Assembly: GCA_964449585.1 (NCBI GenBank) | Contig: CAYUZE010000003.1 | Coordinates: 4,021 to 68,020 of the forward strand | DNA from: an uncultured Gammaproteobacteria bacterium | GTDB lineage: Bacteria; Patescibacteriota; Microgenomatia; UBA10105; UBA927 | DNA length: 64,000 nucleotides | Reading direction: 5' to 3' | In this document: positions 27,832-37,581 of the stretch, in pieces | Layout of the letters: each line of letters begins with the position of its first letter | Numbering within the stretch: the stretch's first letter is position 1 | The notes under the pieces: model-generated | What the model was told of the DNA's origin: nothing | The model's database searches: none | What the model saw: the letters and a program-made list of their open reading frames with translations, nothing else | Program-made: the position numbers and the translations under genes

Positions 27832-29505
27832 GTGATCTATAATAGGGAAGTTATGATGCGCTTTTGGGCTTGGGCTTCAAAAAAACAAACAACCGTGGGG
27901 TCAGCCGCAACCGTTCTCGCGTTCATGGTTTTATTATCCCGGGTACTTGGACTTGTTCGTGACCGGCTGTTATCAACCTATTTTGCACCGGAACAGTTGG
28001 GAGTCTATTTTGCCGCGTTCAGGATCCCAAATGTTATCTTTGAGTTGCTTGTCATGGGGGCGTTAACCGCCGCGTTTATTCCGGTCTACACGAGATATAT
28101 TTCCGATGAAAGGCATGATGATGCAAAAAAACTCGCCACCGTACTCATCAACCTCAGCGTGGTTATTCTCCTTATCATTGCCGTTCCTTTATATATAGCG
28201 GCACCGTATGTTTCCCGCATGCTTGCCCCGGGTTTTAGTGCGGCACAAATTACGGAAATGACCGCATACACGCGGTTTATTTTGCTTTTTCAGGTGGCGC
28301 CTCTCCTTGTCGGTAATGTGTTGACGGGCATACTGCAGTCGCATAGTTTGTTTCTTATTCCCGCCGCGGCCCCCGTTTTTTATAACGTCGGCATCATTAT
28401 CGGCACCGTCGCCCTTTCCTCGCTATGGGGACTATGGGGACCGGTAGCAGGAGTGGGCATCGGTGCATTCCTCTTTGTGGCAATCCAGATTCCGCTTATC
28501 ATAAAGCTCGGCTATCGGCATACCCTTGCTGTTGATCCCAAAACCCCCGGGGTCAAAGAGGTGGGAAGATTGATGGGTCCGCGTACTTTGGGGCTTGCGA
28601 TTGCGCAAATAGACATCACCATTGATCTCATGCTTGCAAGCCTGTTGGGTGCACGGATGGTGACGATCTTTAACTTCGCGCAACACCTGCAACAATTACC
28701 CGTCGGTCTTTTCGGCACCACCATCGCTCAGGCCGCCCTTCCCTCGCTTTCCCAATTTTCCGCGAAGGATAATAAACAGGAATTCCGGGAAACGATCCAA
28801 AAAGGCATTCATCAGATTCTCTTTTGGGTGCTCCCGACCTCGGTGCTGTTTATGGTGCTGCGGATTCCGATCGTGCGGTTGGTATTCGGAGCCTCCCAAT
28901 TCGACTGGGCGGCTACCGTTGACACGGGAATGACGCTCTCGGCATTCGGATTGTCGCTGTTTGCGCAGGCGATTATCCATATTCTTGCACGCGGATTTTA
29001 CGCACTCTATGACAGTAAAACACCGGTGCGGATAGGCATTATCACCGTGGGGATCAATTCGATGCTGAGCATGATTTTTGTGTTATTCCTCCATCTTCCG
29101 GTCTGGTCACTCGGCTTATCAACCTCTATCGCAAGTATTATCAATGCTGCCGCCCTCTTATACCTATTGGATAAACGCATTGCCGCGCTTATCACACGGA
29201 ATCTTGTTGTTCCCGCAGTGAAAATGGCGATAGCCGCAGGGGTAACCGGGATTGCACTCTATATTCCCCTAAAACTCCTTGATCAGCTTGTCTTTGATAC
29301 GACGAGAACATTCGGTTTGTTGTTTTTGACGGGAGTATCGGCGAGCCTTGGACTCATTACCTATTTTTTCCTCTCGTGGGTATTGGGTGTTACGCAGGTG
29401 TATTCGGTTCTCCGTTTCACCCGGAAATTGACTGCACCTCGCGGATTCTCAATGGAGCCCGCACAGGAAGTCGTGAACGGCGGCATTTCCGATAAAATCT
29501 CATAA
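27832..29505 (+). CDS. murJ: lipid II flippase MurJ
   Basis: LSRVLGLVRDRLLSTYFAPEQLGVYFAAFRIPN and 14 TM segments. Confidence 0.85.
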   Translation: MIYNREVMMRFWAWASKKQTTVGSAATVLAFMVLLSRVLGLVRDRLLSTYFAPEQLGVYFAAFRIPNVIFELLVMGALTAAFIPVYTRYISDERHDDAKKLATVLINLSVVILLIIAVPLYIAAPYVSRMLAPGFSAAQITEMTAYTRFILLFQVAPLLVGNVLTGILQSHSLFLIPAAAPVFYNVGIIIGTVALSSLWGLWGPVAGVGIGAFLFVAIQIPLIIKLGYRHTLAVDPKTPGVKEVGRLMGPRTLGLAIAQIDITIDLMLASLLGARMVTIFNFAQHLQQLPVGLFGTTIAQAALPSLSQFSAKDNKQEFRETIQKGIHQILFWVLPTSVLFMVLRIPIVRLVFGASQFDWAATVDTGMTLSAFGLSLFAQAIIHILARGFYALYDSKTPVRIGIITVGINSMLSMIFVLFLHLPVWSLGLSTSIASIINAAALLYLLDKRIAALITRNLVVPAVKMAIAAGVTGIALYIPLKLLDQLVFDTTRTFGLLFLTGVSASLGLITYFFLSWVLGVTQVYSVLRFTRKLTAPRGFSMEPAQEVVNGGISDKIS

Positions 29506-29550
29506 TACGTGCTACTCAGCGGCACCCCAGAGGGAGGAGCGTGTGTTGTG

Positions 29551-30954
29551 TTATTGATCCTTGGTAAGTTCCAGAATGCCGATACTTTGGCTCGGCATAA
29601 AAATATCGGTGGTCAACGAATCTTCTTCGACCGTATACGGCTTGGTCACATCGCGACCGAAAAGAAACCGTTCACGCAGCTTATAGGTGCCGGGAGCAAG
29701 TTTGGTGAATTTCACCGGTACCTGTTCCGTATGACTGCCTTTGCTGTCAAAGTTAACGAGAAAAACGCGCATGACGTCGTTTTGTATCGTCGCGAATCCG
29801 GTAACCCATGATCCTTCGCCGGTTAACTGCATGCGCGTCCCCGCCATGGTGTCGATAAATGAATAGACGCTATAACGCGGTTTCTTCTTGAGTCCGTTAT
29901 CATCGTGCGTGATAAGCCCCCAGCCGCTCCCGTCGGATTGATTCGGACCGTCCTTGAGTTGAAAACTCATAAGATAGGTGGGGCCTCCCGAAATAAGTTG
30001 GCGGATAACCGCGGCGGTGTGAGCGGCTCCGTACATGGTACCGTAGCCGTTGCTTTTGCTCCCCGTAAATCCGAATTCGGTGATAAGTTTCGGCAGCAGC
30101 GTATAGGAAGGGTATTGGACGAGCCAGGAAATGATATTTCGCTGATCGGCGGCAAATTGTTCAGGATCTGAAAGATATGAATGCCAAGAGAAAAAATTTA
30201 CCCTGTTTCCCGATTCGGCAAGCGCGATGATCCAGTTTTTATACAACCCGGTGGTGGAGGGGCCGCCCAACAAAAACGGATTAACATTTTGCGCATTATT
30301 TGCGCCGATGGCGGCATAACGGTACAGTGTCAAATAGTTTTTTTCGCCTCCAAGTTTCCAGGAACCGAATTGCGCCAAATCCGGTTCATTCCATACTTCA
30401 TAATAGATGCCGCTTAAATTCCGCCCGCCTTTTCCGCTGAAATGTTCGATGGTTTTTTGCACCACCAGCGCCCATTCGTTCCAGTCGTTCGGAGGATTGA
30501 TGATGACGCCGTCTTTTGCGATGACATTGGGCATGTAGGAAAGGGCAAGCACGGGCTTGGCTCCCGTCGATAAAATGGTATTTACCACGGCATCAAGTCT
30601 TGTCCAATCAAAGGTGAGGCCGTTACCGTCCCTGCCGACCACCTGATAGCTGTCATATAAATGATCGATGCGGATTGTTTGCGGACGGAGCGCCTTTACG
30701 TCGGCCGCGATGCTTTGCAGCATGTCGTTTTGTTCCTCTCCTCCTTGCGCAAATGCATGGTAGAAATCCGTTTTGATGGGTTCGAGTCTTGTGGACGTGT
30801 CGACAACGATATTTGCCGGGGTGCCGCTGGCGCGGGTAAGAATCGTAATCGTTGAGCCGATCGCCATGATAAAAAGCGGGAGAAAAATAATAAGCCCTAA
30901 AAAGGAAATGACGGACGTCGTTCTTCCCGATGCTTGCCGCATGACGAAGCTCAT
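29551..30954 (-). CDS. membrane-anchored glycoside hydrolase, clan GH-A (GH5/GH39-like)
   Basis: N-terminal TM. YEVWNEPDL (acid/base Glu in the NEP motif) and ITEFGFTG (nucleophile Glu). Confidence 0.5.
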   Translation of the reverse strand: MSFVMRQASGRTTSVISFLGLIIFLPLFIMAIGSTITILTRASGTPANIVVDTSTRLEPIKTDFYHAFAQGGEEQNDMLQSIAADVKALRPQTIRIDHLYDSYQVVGRDGNGLTFDWTRLDAVVNTILSTGAKPVLALSYMPNVIAKDGVIINPPNDWNEWALVVQKTIEHFSGKGGRNLSGIYYEVWNEPDLAQFGSWKLGGEKNYLTLYRYAAIGANNAQNVNPFLLGGPSTTGLYKNWIIALAESGNRVNFFSWHSYLSDPEQFAADQRNIISWLVQYPSYTLLPKLITEFGFTGSKSNGYGTMYGAAHTAAVIRQLISGGPTYLMSFQLKDGPNQSDGSGWGLITHDDNGLKKKPRYSVYSFIDTMAGTRMQLTGEGSWVTGFATIQNDVMRVFLVNFDSKGSHTEQVPVKFTKLAPGTYKLRERFLFGRDVTKPYTVEEDSLTTDIFMPSQSIGILELTKDQ

Positions 30955-31985
30955 AACGATGACCTCCTTACCAAGGGGATAACCGATCCCGTAACAATAA
31001 ACAACAATCCGATGCTTAATAGCATGAGGGTGTTTTCGACGGCTCCCGATACGGGGATTGCGCTTCCCGAAGCACCGTTTTCATCTCCCGTCGCCACCAC
31101 GAAGGCAAGCGTTGCCGTATGGGATTTGCCCGTTGCCGGATCTTGAGCGGCGACCACGATGGTGTGGGGACCGGCAGGAAGCGGTTCCTCCATTGTATAG
31201 CTCCAGTTGCCATTTTCATCCGAGGTTACGGTGACGGTAATCGGGTCGGAATATACGGTGACGGTAACCTCCGTACCCGGTGGCGCTTTTCCTTCGATCG
31301 TCGGCTTTTGGGTGGCGACCGACTCATTTCGTGTCGGTGAAACGATGGTAACGGCGGACGGACTGGCACTATCAGAAGCCGAAAGCGTGGGAGTAAGCGT
31401 CGGGGTAACGGCAAGTGTTGTCGTGGGCGTAACGGTGCTGTTGAGTTGATTGCCGCCGCTCCCGCTGCCGATAGTGATGGTAGCTGGTACCGTACTGGTT
31501 AAGGCATTTGTACTTCCTTCGTTTAACGCACCGACAAACGTGTCGGCGGCAAAACGAACCGCAACGGGGGAAGTGGTTTCCGCAAGGGCTTTGAATTTTA
31601 TGGTTGCAACCGTTCCTGTTCCGGTGACGGGAGTGGTGGTGTTTGTTGCCCCGAGCGCCATGGATACCGTGCCGTTACCCACCGCTCCGGATGTCAGAAT
31701 ATTGGGAAACATGGTACCGTTATGGATCCATTCCGCCTGGAGTTTTGCGGGATCGTAGGTAAGCTTTAAATCGACAGCGACGATCTGGTTGTCTGCCGTG
31801 TCCATCCGTACTTCAAGCGTGAATTCCTCATTGACCGCTTTGGTAAGGGTAGTAGGGGTGAGGGTAAGGGTGGTTGCGGGAGCCGCCTTTTTTCGAAGTT
31901 CCTGGTTCCGCATGGTCAAAAAAACCGATGCGGGGATGGCAATAAGCGTAATTAAAGAAATCAAAATAATAACAAGTCGTTTCAT
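30951..31985 (-). CDS. cohesin-domain surface protein with C-terminal IPVSG sorting-signal-like tail
   Basis: Signal peptide and a cohesin-like region (VAVDLKLTYDPAKLQAEW). The C-terminus is AIPVSG, then a hydrophobic stretch, then RRSSL. The stop overlaps the GH gene start. Confidence 0.5.
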   Translation of the reverse strand: MKRLVIILISLITLIAIPASVFLTMRNQELRKKAAPATTLTLTPTTLTKAVNEEFTLEVRMDTADNQIVAVDLKLTYDPAKLQAEWIHNGTMFPNILTSGAVGNGTVSMALGATNTTTPVTGTGTVATIKFKALAETTSPVAVRFAADTFVGALNEGSTNALTSTVPATITIGSGSGGNQLNSTVTPTTTLAVTPTLTPTLSASDSASPSAVTIVSPTRNESVATQKPTIEGKAPPGTEVTVTVYSDPITVTVTSDENGNWSYTMEEPLPAGPHTIVVAAQDPATGKSHTATLAFVVATGDENGASGSAIPVSGAVENTLMLLSIGLLFIVTGSVIPLVRRSSL

Positions 31986-32056
31986 GCCTATCTACCATTA
32001 TGATAGAGCTATTGATGAATGGCAATAGTAAGATGGCACACGTCGTTAAAAACCTC

Positions 32057-32085
32057 TTGACACATGTTAGCACTCAATGTATATT
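32057..32085 (+). promoter_or_regulatory. sigma70-type promoter TTGACA-17-TATATT of hrcA operon
   Basis: -35 at 32057-32062 and -10 at 32080-32085, overlapping the CIRCE operator. Confidence 0.55.
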
Positions 32086-32093
32086 AGTGCTAA
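32067..32093 (+). promoter_or_regulatory. CIRCE operator (HrcA binding site)
   Basis: TTAGCACTC-N9-TAGTGCTAA, which matches the consensus TTAGCACTC-N9-GAGTGCTAA in 17 of 18 positions. Confidence 0.85.
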
Positions 32094-32094
32094 T

Positions 32095-32820
32095 ATGGAT
32101 GGAGTAGCTGATTTAACACCGCGACAAATTCAAATTTTGAAAGCCGTCATCGATGAATATATTTCGACGGCGGATGCGGTCGGAAGCGAGACGCTCGAGA
32201 AAAAGCATAATCTCGGTGTTTCACCCGCGACCATCCGTAACGAAATGGTTCGTTTGACGGAGTTGGGGATGTTAAAGCAGCCGCATACATCGGCAGGTCG
32301 TGCGCCGACACCGGTGGCACTCAAATACTACGTCGAGCAACTGATGAAACCAAAGGATCTTTCCGTAGCGGAAGAAGTTGCGGTCAAAGAAAAAGTGTGG
32401 AGTTATCGTCAGGAAATCGATAAGTTGCTCCGCGAGGCGACCAAGGCATTGGCGGAGAAAACCAAAACGCTTGCCATCACCGCAACGAATGAAGGTGATC
32501 TGTATTATGCGGGAGCGGCCAATATCCTTGATATGCCGGAATTTTATGACTATCAACTGACCCACGATCTGTTGGGGACACTTGATGAATACGGCTTTTG
32601 GTGGGGGGTATTGGAATCGCACGGCGATCCGTTTTCCATATTGGTAGGCGATGATCTTTCAACGGGGAGTCTTACCCAGTGCGGTTTTGTGTATCACAAG
32701 TTTAAGACACCGCATGTATCGGGTGCCATCGGGGTGGTGGGTCCGTCGCGACTTAACTATCCGTCGGTGATTCCCGTCGTACGGTATCTGGGGAACCTCA
32801 TCGATGAGTTTGCGAGTTAA
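32095..32820 (+). CDS. hrcA: heat-inducible transcription repressor HrcA (short)
   Basis: LTPRQIQILKAVIDEY wHTH at the N-terminus. The start ATG at 32095 is preferred because the upstream ATG at 32077 overlaps the promoter. About 242 aa. Confidence 0.75.
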   Translation: MDGVADLTPRQIQILKAVIDEYISTADAVGSETLEKKHNLGVSPATIRNEMVRLTELGMLKQPHTSAGRAPTPVALKYYVEQLMKPKDLSVAEEVAVKEKVWSYRQEIDKLLREATKALAEKTKTLAITATNEGDLYYAGAANILDMPEFYDYQLTHDLLGTLDEYGFWWGVLESHGDPFSILVGDDLSTGSLTQCGFVYHKFKTPHVSGAIGVVGPSRLNYPSVIPVVRYLGNLIDEFAS

Positions 32821-32841
32821 GCTGGCTTACCTTTTTCCGTT

Positions 32842-33318
32842 ATGAAAAAACAACAGGACAAACCGGTGAGTGATGAAAAAGCAAAACATCCGCAAAACGC
32901 GTCGGATGTTGCGGTTGAAGAGTGGAAGGCAAAATACGTACGGGTGCTTGCGGATTATCAGAATCTCGAAAAAAGAACCGCCGAGCGGGTGACTGAGGTT
33001 CGCCAATATGCCTCGGAAAGCGTACTATCACGACTCCTTCCCGTCGTGGATACCTTCGGTATGGTAACGAATCATATCAAGGATCCCGGGCTTGCATTGG
33101 CATACAAAGAATTACTCTCCGTGCTGACCGAGCAAGGAGTGGAAAAAATCGAGGTTTTGGGACGGGAGTTTGATCCTATGGAGATGGACTGTATCGAGGT
33201 GGTGCCGGGAAAAGACAACGAGGTGGTGGAAGAAGTGCAGGCGGGATATCGTTTCCGGGGAAAAATATTACGGGTGGCGCGGGTGAAAGTCGGCAAGTCG
33301 GAGGTAATAACTCATTAA
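32842..33318 (+). CDS. grpE: nucleotide exchange factor GrpE
   Basis: Coiled-coil N-terminus followed by the LPVVDTF...EVVPG C-terminal beta domain. Confidence 0.8.
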   Translation: MKKQQDKPVSDEKAKHPQNASDVAVEEWKAKYVRVLADYQNLEKRTAERVTEVRQYASESVLSRLLPVVDTFGMVTNHIKDPGLALAYKELLSVLTEQGVEKIEVLGREFDPMEMDCIEVVPGKDNEVVEEVQAGYRFRGKILRVARVKVGKSEVITH

Positions 33319-33342
33319 TTGTTCACAAAGAAAGGAGAACAT

Positions 33343-35244
33343 ATGGCAAAAATTATCGGTATTGATTTAGGAACAACCAACTCATGCGTTGCGGTTATGG
33401 AGGGAGGATCACCTAAAGTGATTCATTCCGCAGAAGGCCGCAACGTTATCCCGTCTGTCGTCGATCCCATTAAAAATATCGTCGGCGACGTGGCAAAACG
33501 GCAGACAGTGCTGAAACCGAAATCAACGGTCTTTTCCGTGAAGCGGTTGGTGGGACGCAAATACTCGGATGCATCGGTACAGACGGATGCCAAATGGTTG
33601 CCTTATACGATCAAATCAGGCAAAAACGATATGGCGGTCGTCGAAGTGGAAGGCAAAACCTTTACGCCGCAGGAAATCTCCGCAAAAATTCTTTCCAAAA
33701 TCAAAGCGGATGCGGAAAAGTATCTGGGAGAACCGGTCAAACAGGCGGTTATCACCGTTCCCGCATATTTTGATGATTCCGAACGACAGGCTACCAAGCA
33801 AGCCGGGGAAATTGCCGGACTTGAAGTACTTCGTATTCTCAACGAACCGACCGCCGCGGCATTGGCCTACGGACTCGACAAGAAAAACGTCCACACCATC
33901 GCCGTTTATGACTTAGGAGGAGGAACGTTTGATATCTCCATCCTCGAGCTTGGTGAAGGCGTGTATGAAGTCAAAGCCACCAACGGGGACACCCATTTGG
34001 GAGGCGATGACTTTGACAAGAAAATTCTTGATTATCTTGCCGACGAGTTCAAAAAGGAACACGGTGTTGATCTACGAAGCGATAATCAGGCATTGCAACG
34101 GCTCCGTGATGCCGCCGAAAAGGCTAAGATCGAACTTTCGAGCGCCATGGAAGCGGAAGTGAATTTGCCGTTTATCACGCAAGGCAAAGACGGCCCGCTC
34201 CACCTGGTCGTCAAAATAACGCGCGCCAAGCTGGAATCCATCGTGTTGGATCTTATCCAAAAATCGATCGAGCCCGTCAAGAAATGCCTTGCCGACGCTA
34301 AGCTTAAGGTAAGCGACATCAACGAAGTCGTCATGGTGGGAGGAATGACCCGCATGCCGAAAGTCGTCGAGGTGGTCAAAGAATTCTTCGGGAAAGAGCC
34401 GAACGCATCGGTTAATCCCGACGAAGTAGTTGCCATCGGCGCCGCGGTACAGGCGGGAGTCCTTTCCGGAGACGTCAAGGATGTGGTACTTTTGGACGTC
34501 ACGCCGCTTACCCTTTCCGTGGAAACGTTGGGCGGGGTATCTACCCCCATGATTACGAGAAATACCACGGTGCCGACCAGCAAGACGGAAATATATTCGA
34601 CTGCTGCGGACAATCAGACGTCGGTTGAAATTAACGTGTTACAGGGTGAACGACCGATGGCGGCGGATAATAAATCGTTGGGAAGATTCGTCCTTTCGGG
34701 CATTCCTCCGGCACCTCGCGGGACACCGCAGGTTGAAGTGACGTTCGATATCGACGCTTCAGGCATCCTTTCCGTTTCCGCCAAAGACAAAGCAAGCGGG
34801 AAGGTGAGTTCGATTAAAATCACCGGCTCCACGGGTCTTTCCAAGGAAGAAGTGGAAAAGATGCGCGCCGAGGCCGAAGCGCATGCCGCGGAAGATACCG
34901 AGAAAAAGGATAAGATCGAAGCGCGCAACAAAGCCGACAACATGATCTACCTTGCCGAAAAGACGGTCAAAGATGCGGGGGATAAGGCAAAGGCGGAAGA
35001 TAAAGCCGCGATCGAAGAAAAGGTGAAGGCGTTAAAGGATATCCTGGAAACGGGATCTAAAGAAGACCTTGAAGCCAAAACAAGCGCCCTTTCTGATGTC
35101 GTTCAGAAACTCGGGGCCGCTATGTATCAACAACCTCCGCAGGGAGCGCCCGCTGATGCAAACGGCGAAGCACCGAAGGAAGAAAACGGGGAAAAGAAGC
35201 CTGAAGACAAAGCAAAAGCGGAAGAAGGCGAAGTGGTAAGTTAA
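33343..35244 (+). CDS. dnaK: molecular chaperone DnaK (Hsp70)
   Basis: [26 protein letters not shown] and all other Hsp70 signatures. An AAGGAG RBS sits upstream of ATG 33343. Confidence 0.95.
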   Translation: MAKIIGIDLGTTNSCVAVMEGGSPKVIHSAEGRNVIPSVVDPIKNIVGDVAKRQTVLKPKSTVFSVKRLVGRKYSDASVQTDAKWLPYTIKSGKNDMAVVEVEGKTFTPQEISAKILSKIKADAEKYLGEPVKQAVITVPAYFDDSERQATKQAGEIAGLEVLRILNEPTAAALAYGLDKKNVHTIAVYDLGGGTFDISILELGEGVYEVKATNGDTHLGGDDFDKKILDYLADEFKKEHGVDLRSDNQALQRLRDAAEKAKIELSSAMEAEVNLPFITQGKDGPLHLVVKITRAKLESIVLDLIQKSIEPVKKCLADAKLKVSDINEVVMVGGMTRMPKVVEVVKEFFGKEPNASVNPDEVVAIGAAVQAGVLSGDVKDVVLLDVTPLTLSVETLGGVSTPMITRNTTVPTSKTEIYSTAADNQTSVEINVLQGERPMAADNKSLGRFVLSGIPPAPRGTPQVEVTFDIDASGILSVSAKDKASGKVSSIKITGSTGLSKEEVEKMRAEAEAHAAEDTEKKDKIEARNKADNMIYLAEKTVKDAGDKAKAEDKAAIEEKVKALKDILETGSKEDLEAKTSALSDVVQKLGAAMYQQPPQGAPADANGEAPKEENGEKKPEDKAKAEEGEVVS

Positions 35245-35296
35245 GCACTTTTGCCTCCTGAAACCTGTTCAGGATCCATCAAAGCGACGTAACGCA

Positions 35297-35330
35297 AAAT
35301 GCCTCGTATTGGTAACGGGGCATTTTTGCT
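35297..35330 (+). terminator. putative intrinsic terminator after dnaK
   Basis: Imperfect hairpin ATGCCTCG...CGGGGCAT followed by TTTTT. Confidence 0.4.
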
Positions 35331-35390
35331 CGTAAAACCTTGTATAATGAAGGCGGGATTTCGCGGTACAGACCGCAGTGACGATATCAT

Positions 35391-36284
35391 ATGGCAACGA
35401 AACGTGATTTTTATGAAGTGTTGGGAGTCAGCAAATCCGCCTCTCCAGCGGAGATTAAAAGCGCGTATCGCAAACTCGCGCTGGAGTGGCACCCTGATCG
35501 TAATAAAGCTCCCAACGCCAACGAAAAGTTTAAAGAAATCAACGAGGCCTACGCCGTGCTTTCTGATGCCAAGAAAAAAGAAACGTATGACCAATACGGA
35601 CATGCGGCGTTCCAGCCCGGCATGGGCGGGGGAGCGCAGGGAGGCAATCCCTTCGGCGGAGGGTTCGGACAGGGACCGTTCCAGTATTATTACTCCTCGG
35701 GTGGTCAGGGCGGCAACCCGTTCGGCGGTATGGGCGGCGATTTCATCGATCCTTTCGAGATATTCGAACAGTTTTTCGGCGGCGGCTTTTCCCCGCGCGG
35801 AAGAGGACGGGCTCACCCATCGTACGAAATGGAAATTAGCTTCACGGATGCGGTAAAAGGAGTCACCCGCGAGATTCACGTACCCAAAGGAGGAGCGGGG
35901 GAAGGGTCACTCAAAAAAACGATCAAAATCCCGGCAGGCGTCGATACCGGTTCGCGCATCCGATTCGATGAATTTGATCTCGTGATTTCGGTAGCCCCGG
36001 ACAAAAAGTTTAAACGGGAAGGGGATGACATCTTTCTCGAAGAAGGAATTTCCTACAGTATGGCCGCTTTGGGCGGCGTGCTGGAAGTTTCGACGATCGA
36101 CGAATCAGTGAAAATCCGTATCCAGCCGGGTACCCAACCGGGTACACTGATCCGCATCAGAGGCAAAGGCGTTCCCCATGTGCGCGGCAACGGGCGGGGA
36201 GATCAGTACGTCAAAATTCAGGTGAAGGTTCCTACCCATCTCTCGCGGCGTCAAAAGGAACTTTTGCAAGAACTTGAGGAGTAA
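35391..36284 (+). CDS. dnaJ: J-domain co-chaperone (DnaJ/CbpA-like, no zinc-finger domain)
   Basis: The J domain contains the HPD motif (WHPDRN) and is followed by a Gly/Phe-rich region and C-terminal beta domains. No CxxCxGxG repeats are present. Confidence 0.8.
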   Translation: MATKRDFYEVLGVSKSASPAEIKSAYRKLALEWHPDRNKAPNANEKFKEINEAYAVLSDAKKKETYDQYGHAAFQPGMGGGAQGGNPFGGGFGQGPFQYYYSSGGQGGNPFGGMGGDFIDPFEIFEQFFGGGFSPRGRGRAHPSYEMEISFTDAVKGVTREIHVPKGGAGEGSLKKTIKIPAGVDTGSRIRFDEFDLVISVAPDKKFKREGDDIFLEEGISYSMAALGGVLEVSTIDESVKIRIQPGTQPGTLIRIRGKGVPHVRGNGRGDQYVKIQVKVPTHLSRRQKELLQELEE

Positions 36285-36297
36285 GCCGAGGCAGGAA

Positions 36298-36326
36298 TTG
36301 ACGCGCGTAGCCGTGGACGATATAAT
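36298..36326 (+). promoter_or_regulatory. sigma70 promoter TTGACG-17-TATAAT upstream of nusA
   Basis: Near-consensus hexamers with a 17-nt spacer. Confidence 0.55.
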
Positions 36327-36345
36327 AGCGGTATTGTAAGAGGTA

Positions 36346-36369
36346 AAGGTGGGGTGACCCGCCTTTTTT
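36346..36369 (+). terminator. terminator-like hairpin plus T-run in nusA 5' leader (possible attenuator)
   Basis: AAAGGTGGGGTGACCCGCCTTTTTT, lying between the promoter and the nusA RBS (GAGAAGGAG). Confidence 0.4.
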
Positions 36370-36390
36370 ACTAAAGAGAAGGAGAAAACC

Positions 36391-37557
36391 ATGCCAGCAG
36401 TCGTCAGATCCGAATTCGCATTAGCATTGAATCAAGTTGCCACGGAGCGGGGAATTGATCCCAACGTGGTGATGGAAACCATTAAAGCGGCTATTCTTGC
36501 CGCCTATCGAAAAGACTATGGTATTGATGAGTTACTCACCCTGACGGTTGACTTAAACCCTGATACAGGCGAAGCGCGCGTGCTTCAGGACGGAAAAGAC
36601 GTCACCCCTCCCGGTTTTGGCCGTATCGCCGCACAAACCGCAAAACAGGTTATCCTGCAGCGTATTCGTGAAGCGGAAAAACAGGCGGTACTTTCTGATT
36701 TCCAGGAAAAAGTCGGCGGCATCGTGCCCGGAATGATTCTTCGTTTTGACGGTCCCAATATCATCGTCGATATCGGCAGAACCCAGTCGGTCATGCCCGT
36801 AAGCGAACAGAACCCCGCGGAACGATACCACTTGAATCAGCGGTTGACCTTCTACATCGAAGGCATTCGCGAAACCATGCGAGGGAACGAAATCATCGTT
36901 TCCCGTGCCCACAAAGGACTCGTTGAAGGATTATTCAAGCGGGAAGTGCCGGAAGTAGCCCAGGGAGCGGTTGAACTTCGCGTGGTCGCCCGTGAGGCGG
37001 GAAACAGGACAAAAGTTGCGGTATTTTCATCGGCTCCCGGCGTTGATCCCGTCGGTTCTTGTGTCGGACAAAAAGGCGTTCGTGTGCAGGCCGTGATCAA
37101 TGAATTGGGAGGCAACGAAAAGGTCGATATCATCCAATGGAGTGACGACATGAAGCAATTCATCATGGCGAGTTTGGCTCCCGCCAAAGATATGGAAGTC
37201 GTGTTAAACGAAAAGAAACAGGCGGCAGAAGTCTCCGTTCCCGATGACCAGCTATCCCTTGCCATCGGTCGTGACGGAGGCAATGTACGGCTTGCGGCTA
37301 AACTGACCGGTTGGAAGATTGACATTAAGGGCAAAGGTGGCGCTGCTCCCGCGGAAACCGCAACGGAACAACCCGCGGCGGTGGAAGCTCCCGCAACAGC
37401 GGTTACGGAAGCGGCTCCTGTTGAAGAAGCGCCCGCGGCAACGACCGAAACAACAACGGTTTCCGAAGAGGCAAAAGCACCCGAAGGAACCGAAGAAGCA
37501 AAAGAAGTACCCGTAGCATCAGACTCGACGAATACGACATCAGAAAACCAAGTATGA
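36391..37557 (+). CDS. nusA: transcription termination/antitermination factor NusA
   Basis: N-terminal domain, S1 and KH domains. The C-terminus has an Ala/Glu/Thr-rich tail in place of the AR1/AR2 repeats. Confidence 0.85.
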   Translation: MPAVVRSEFALALNQVATERGIDPNVVMETIKAAILAAYRKDYGIDELLTLTVDLNPDTGEARVLQDGKDVTPPGFGRIAAQTAKQVILQRIREAEKQAVLSDFQEKVGGIVPGMILRFDGPNIIVDIGRTQSVMPVSEQNPAERYHLNQRLTFYIEGIRETMRGNEIIVSRAHKGLVEGLFKREVPEVAQGAVELRVVAREAGNRTKVAVFSSAPGVDPVGSCVGQKGVRVQAVINELGGNEKVDIIQWSDDMKQFIMASLAPAKDMEVVLNEKKQAAEVSVPDDQLSLAIGRDGGNVRLAAKLTGWKIDIKGKGGAAPAETATEQPAAVEAPATAVTEAAPVEEAPAATTETTTVSEEAKAPEGTEEAKEVPVASDSTNTTSENQV

Positions 37558-37581
37558 GACGAGTGTCGTTTTTTGTAACGT

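Noticed and set aside
32077-32094. Upstream ATG as the hrcA start.
   Set aside because: It lies inside the promoter spacer and CIRCE operator. ATG 32095 is preferred.
34086-34943. Two minus-strand ORFs (175 aa and 109 aa).
   Set aside because: They lie inside dnaK on the opposite strand and are Ser/Thr/Ala-rich shadow frames.
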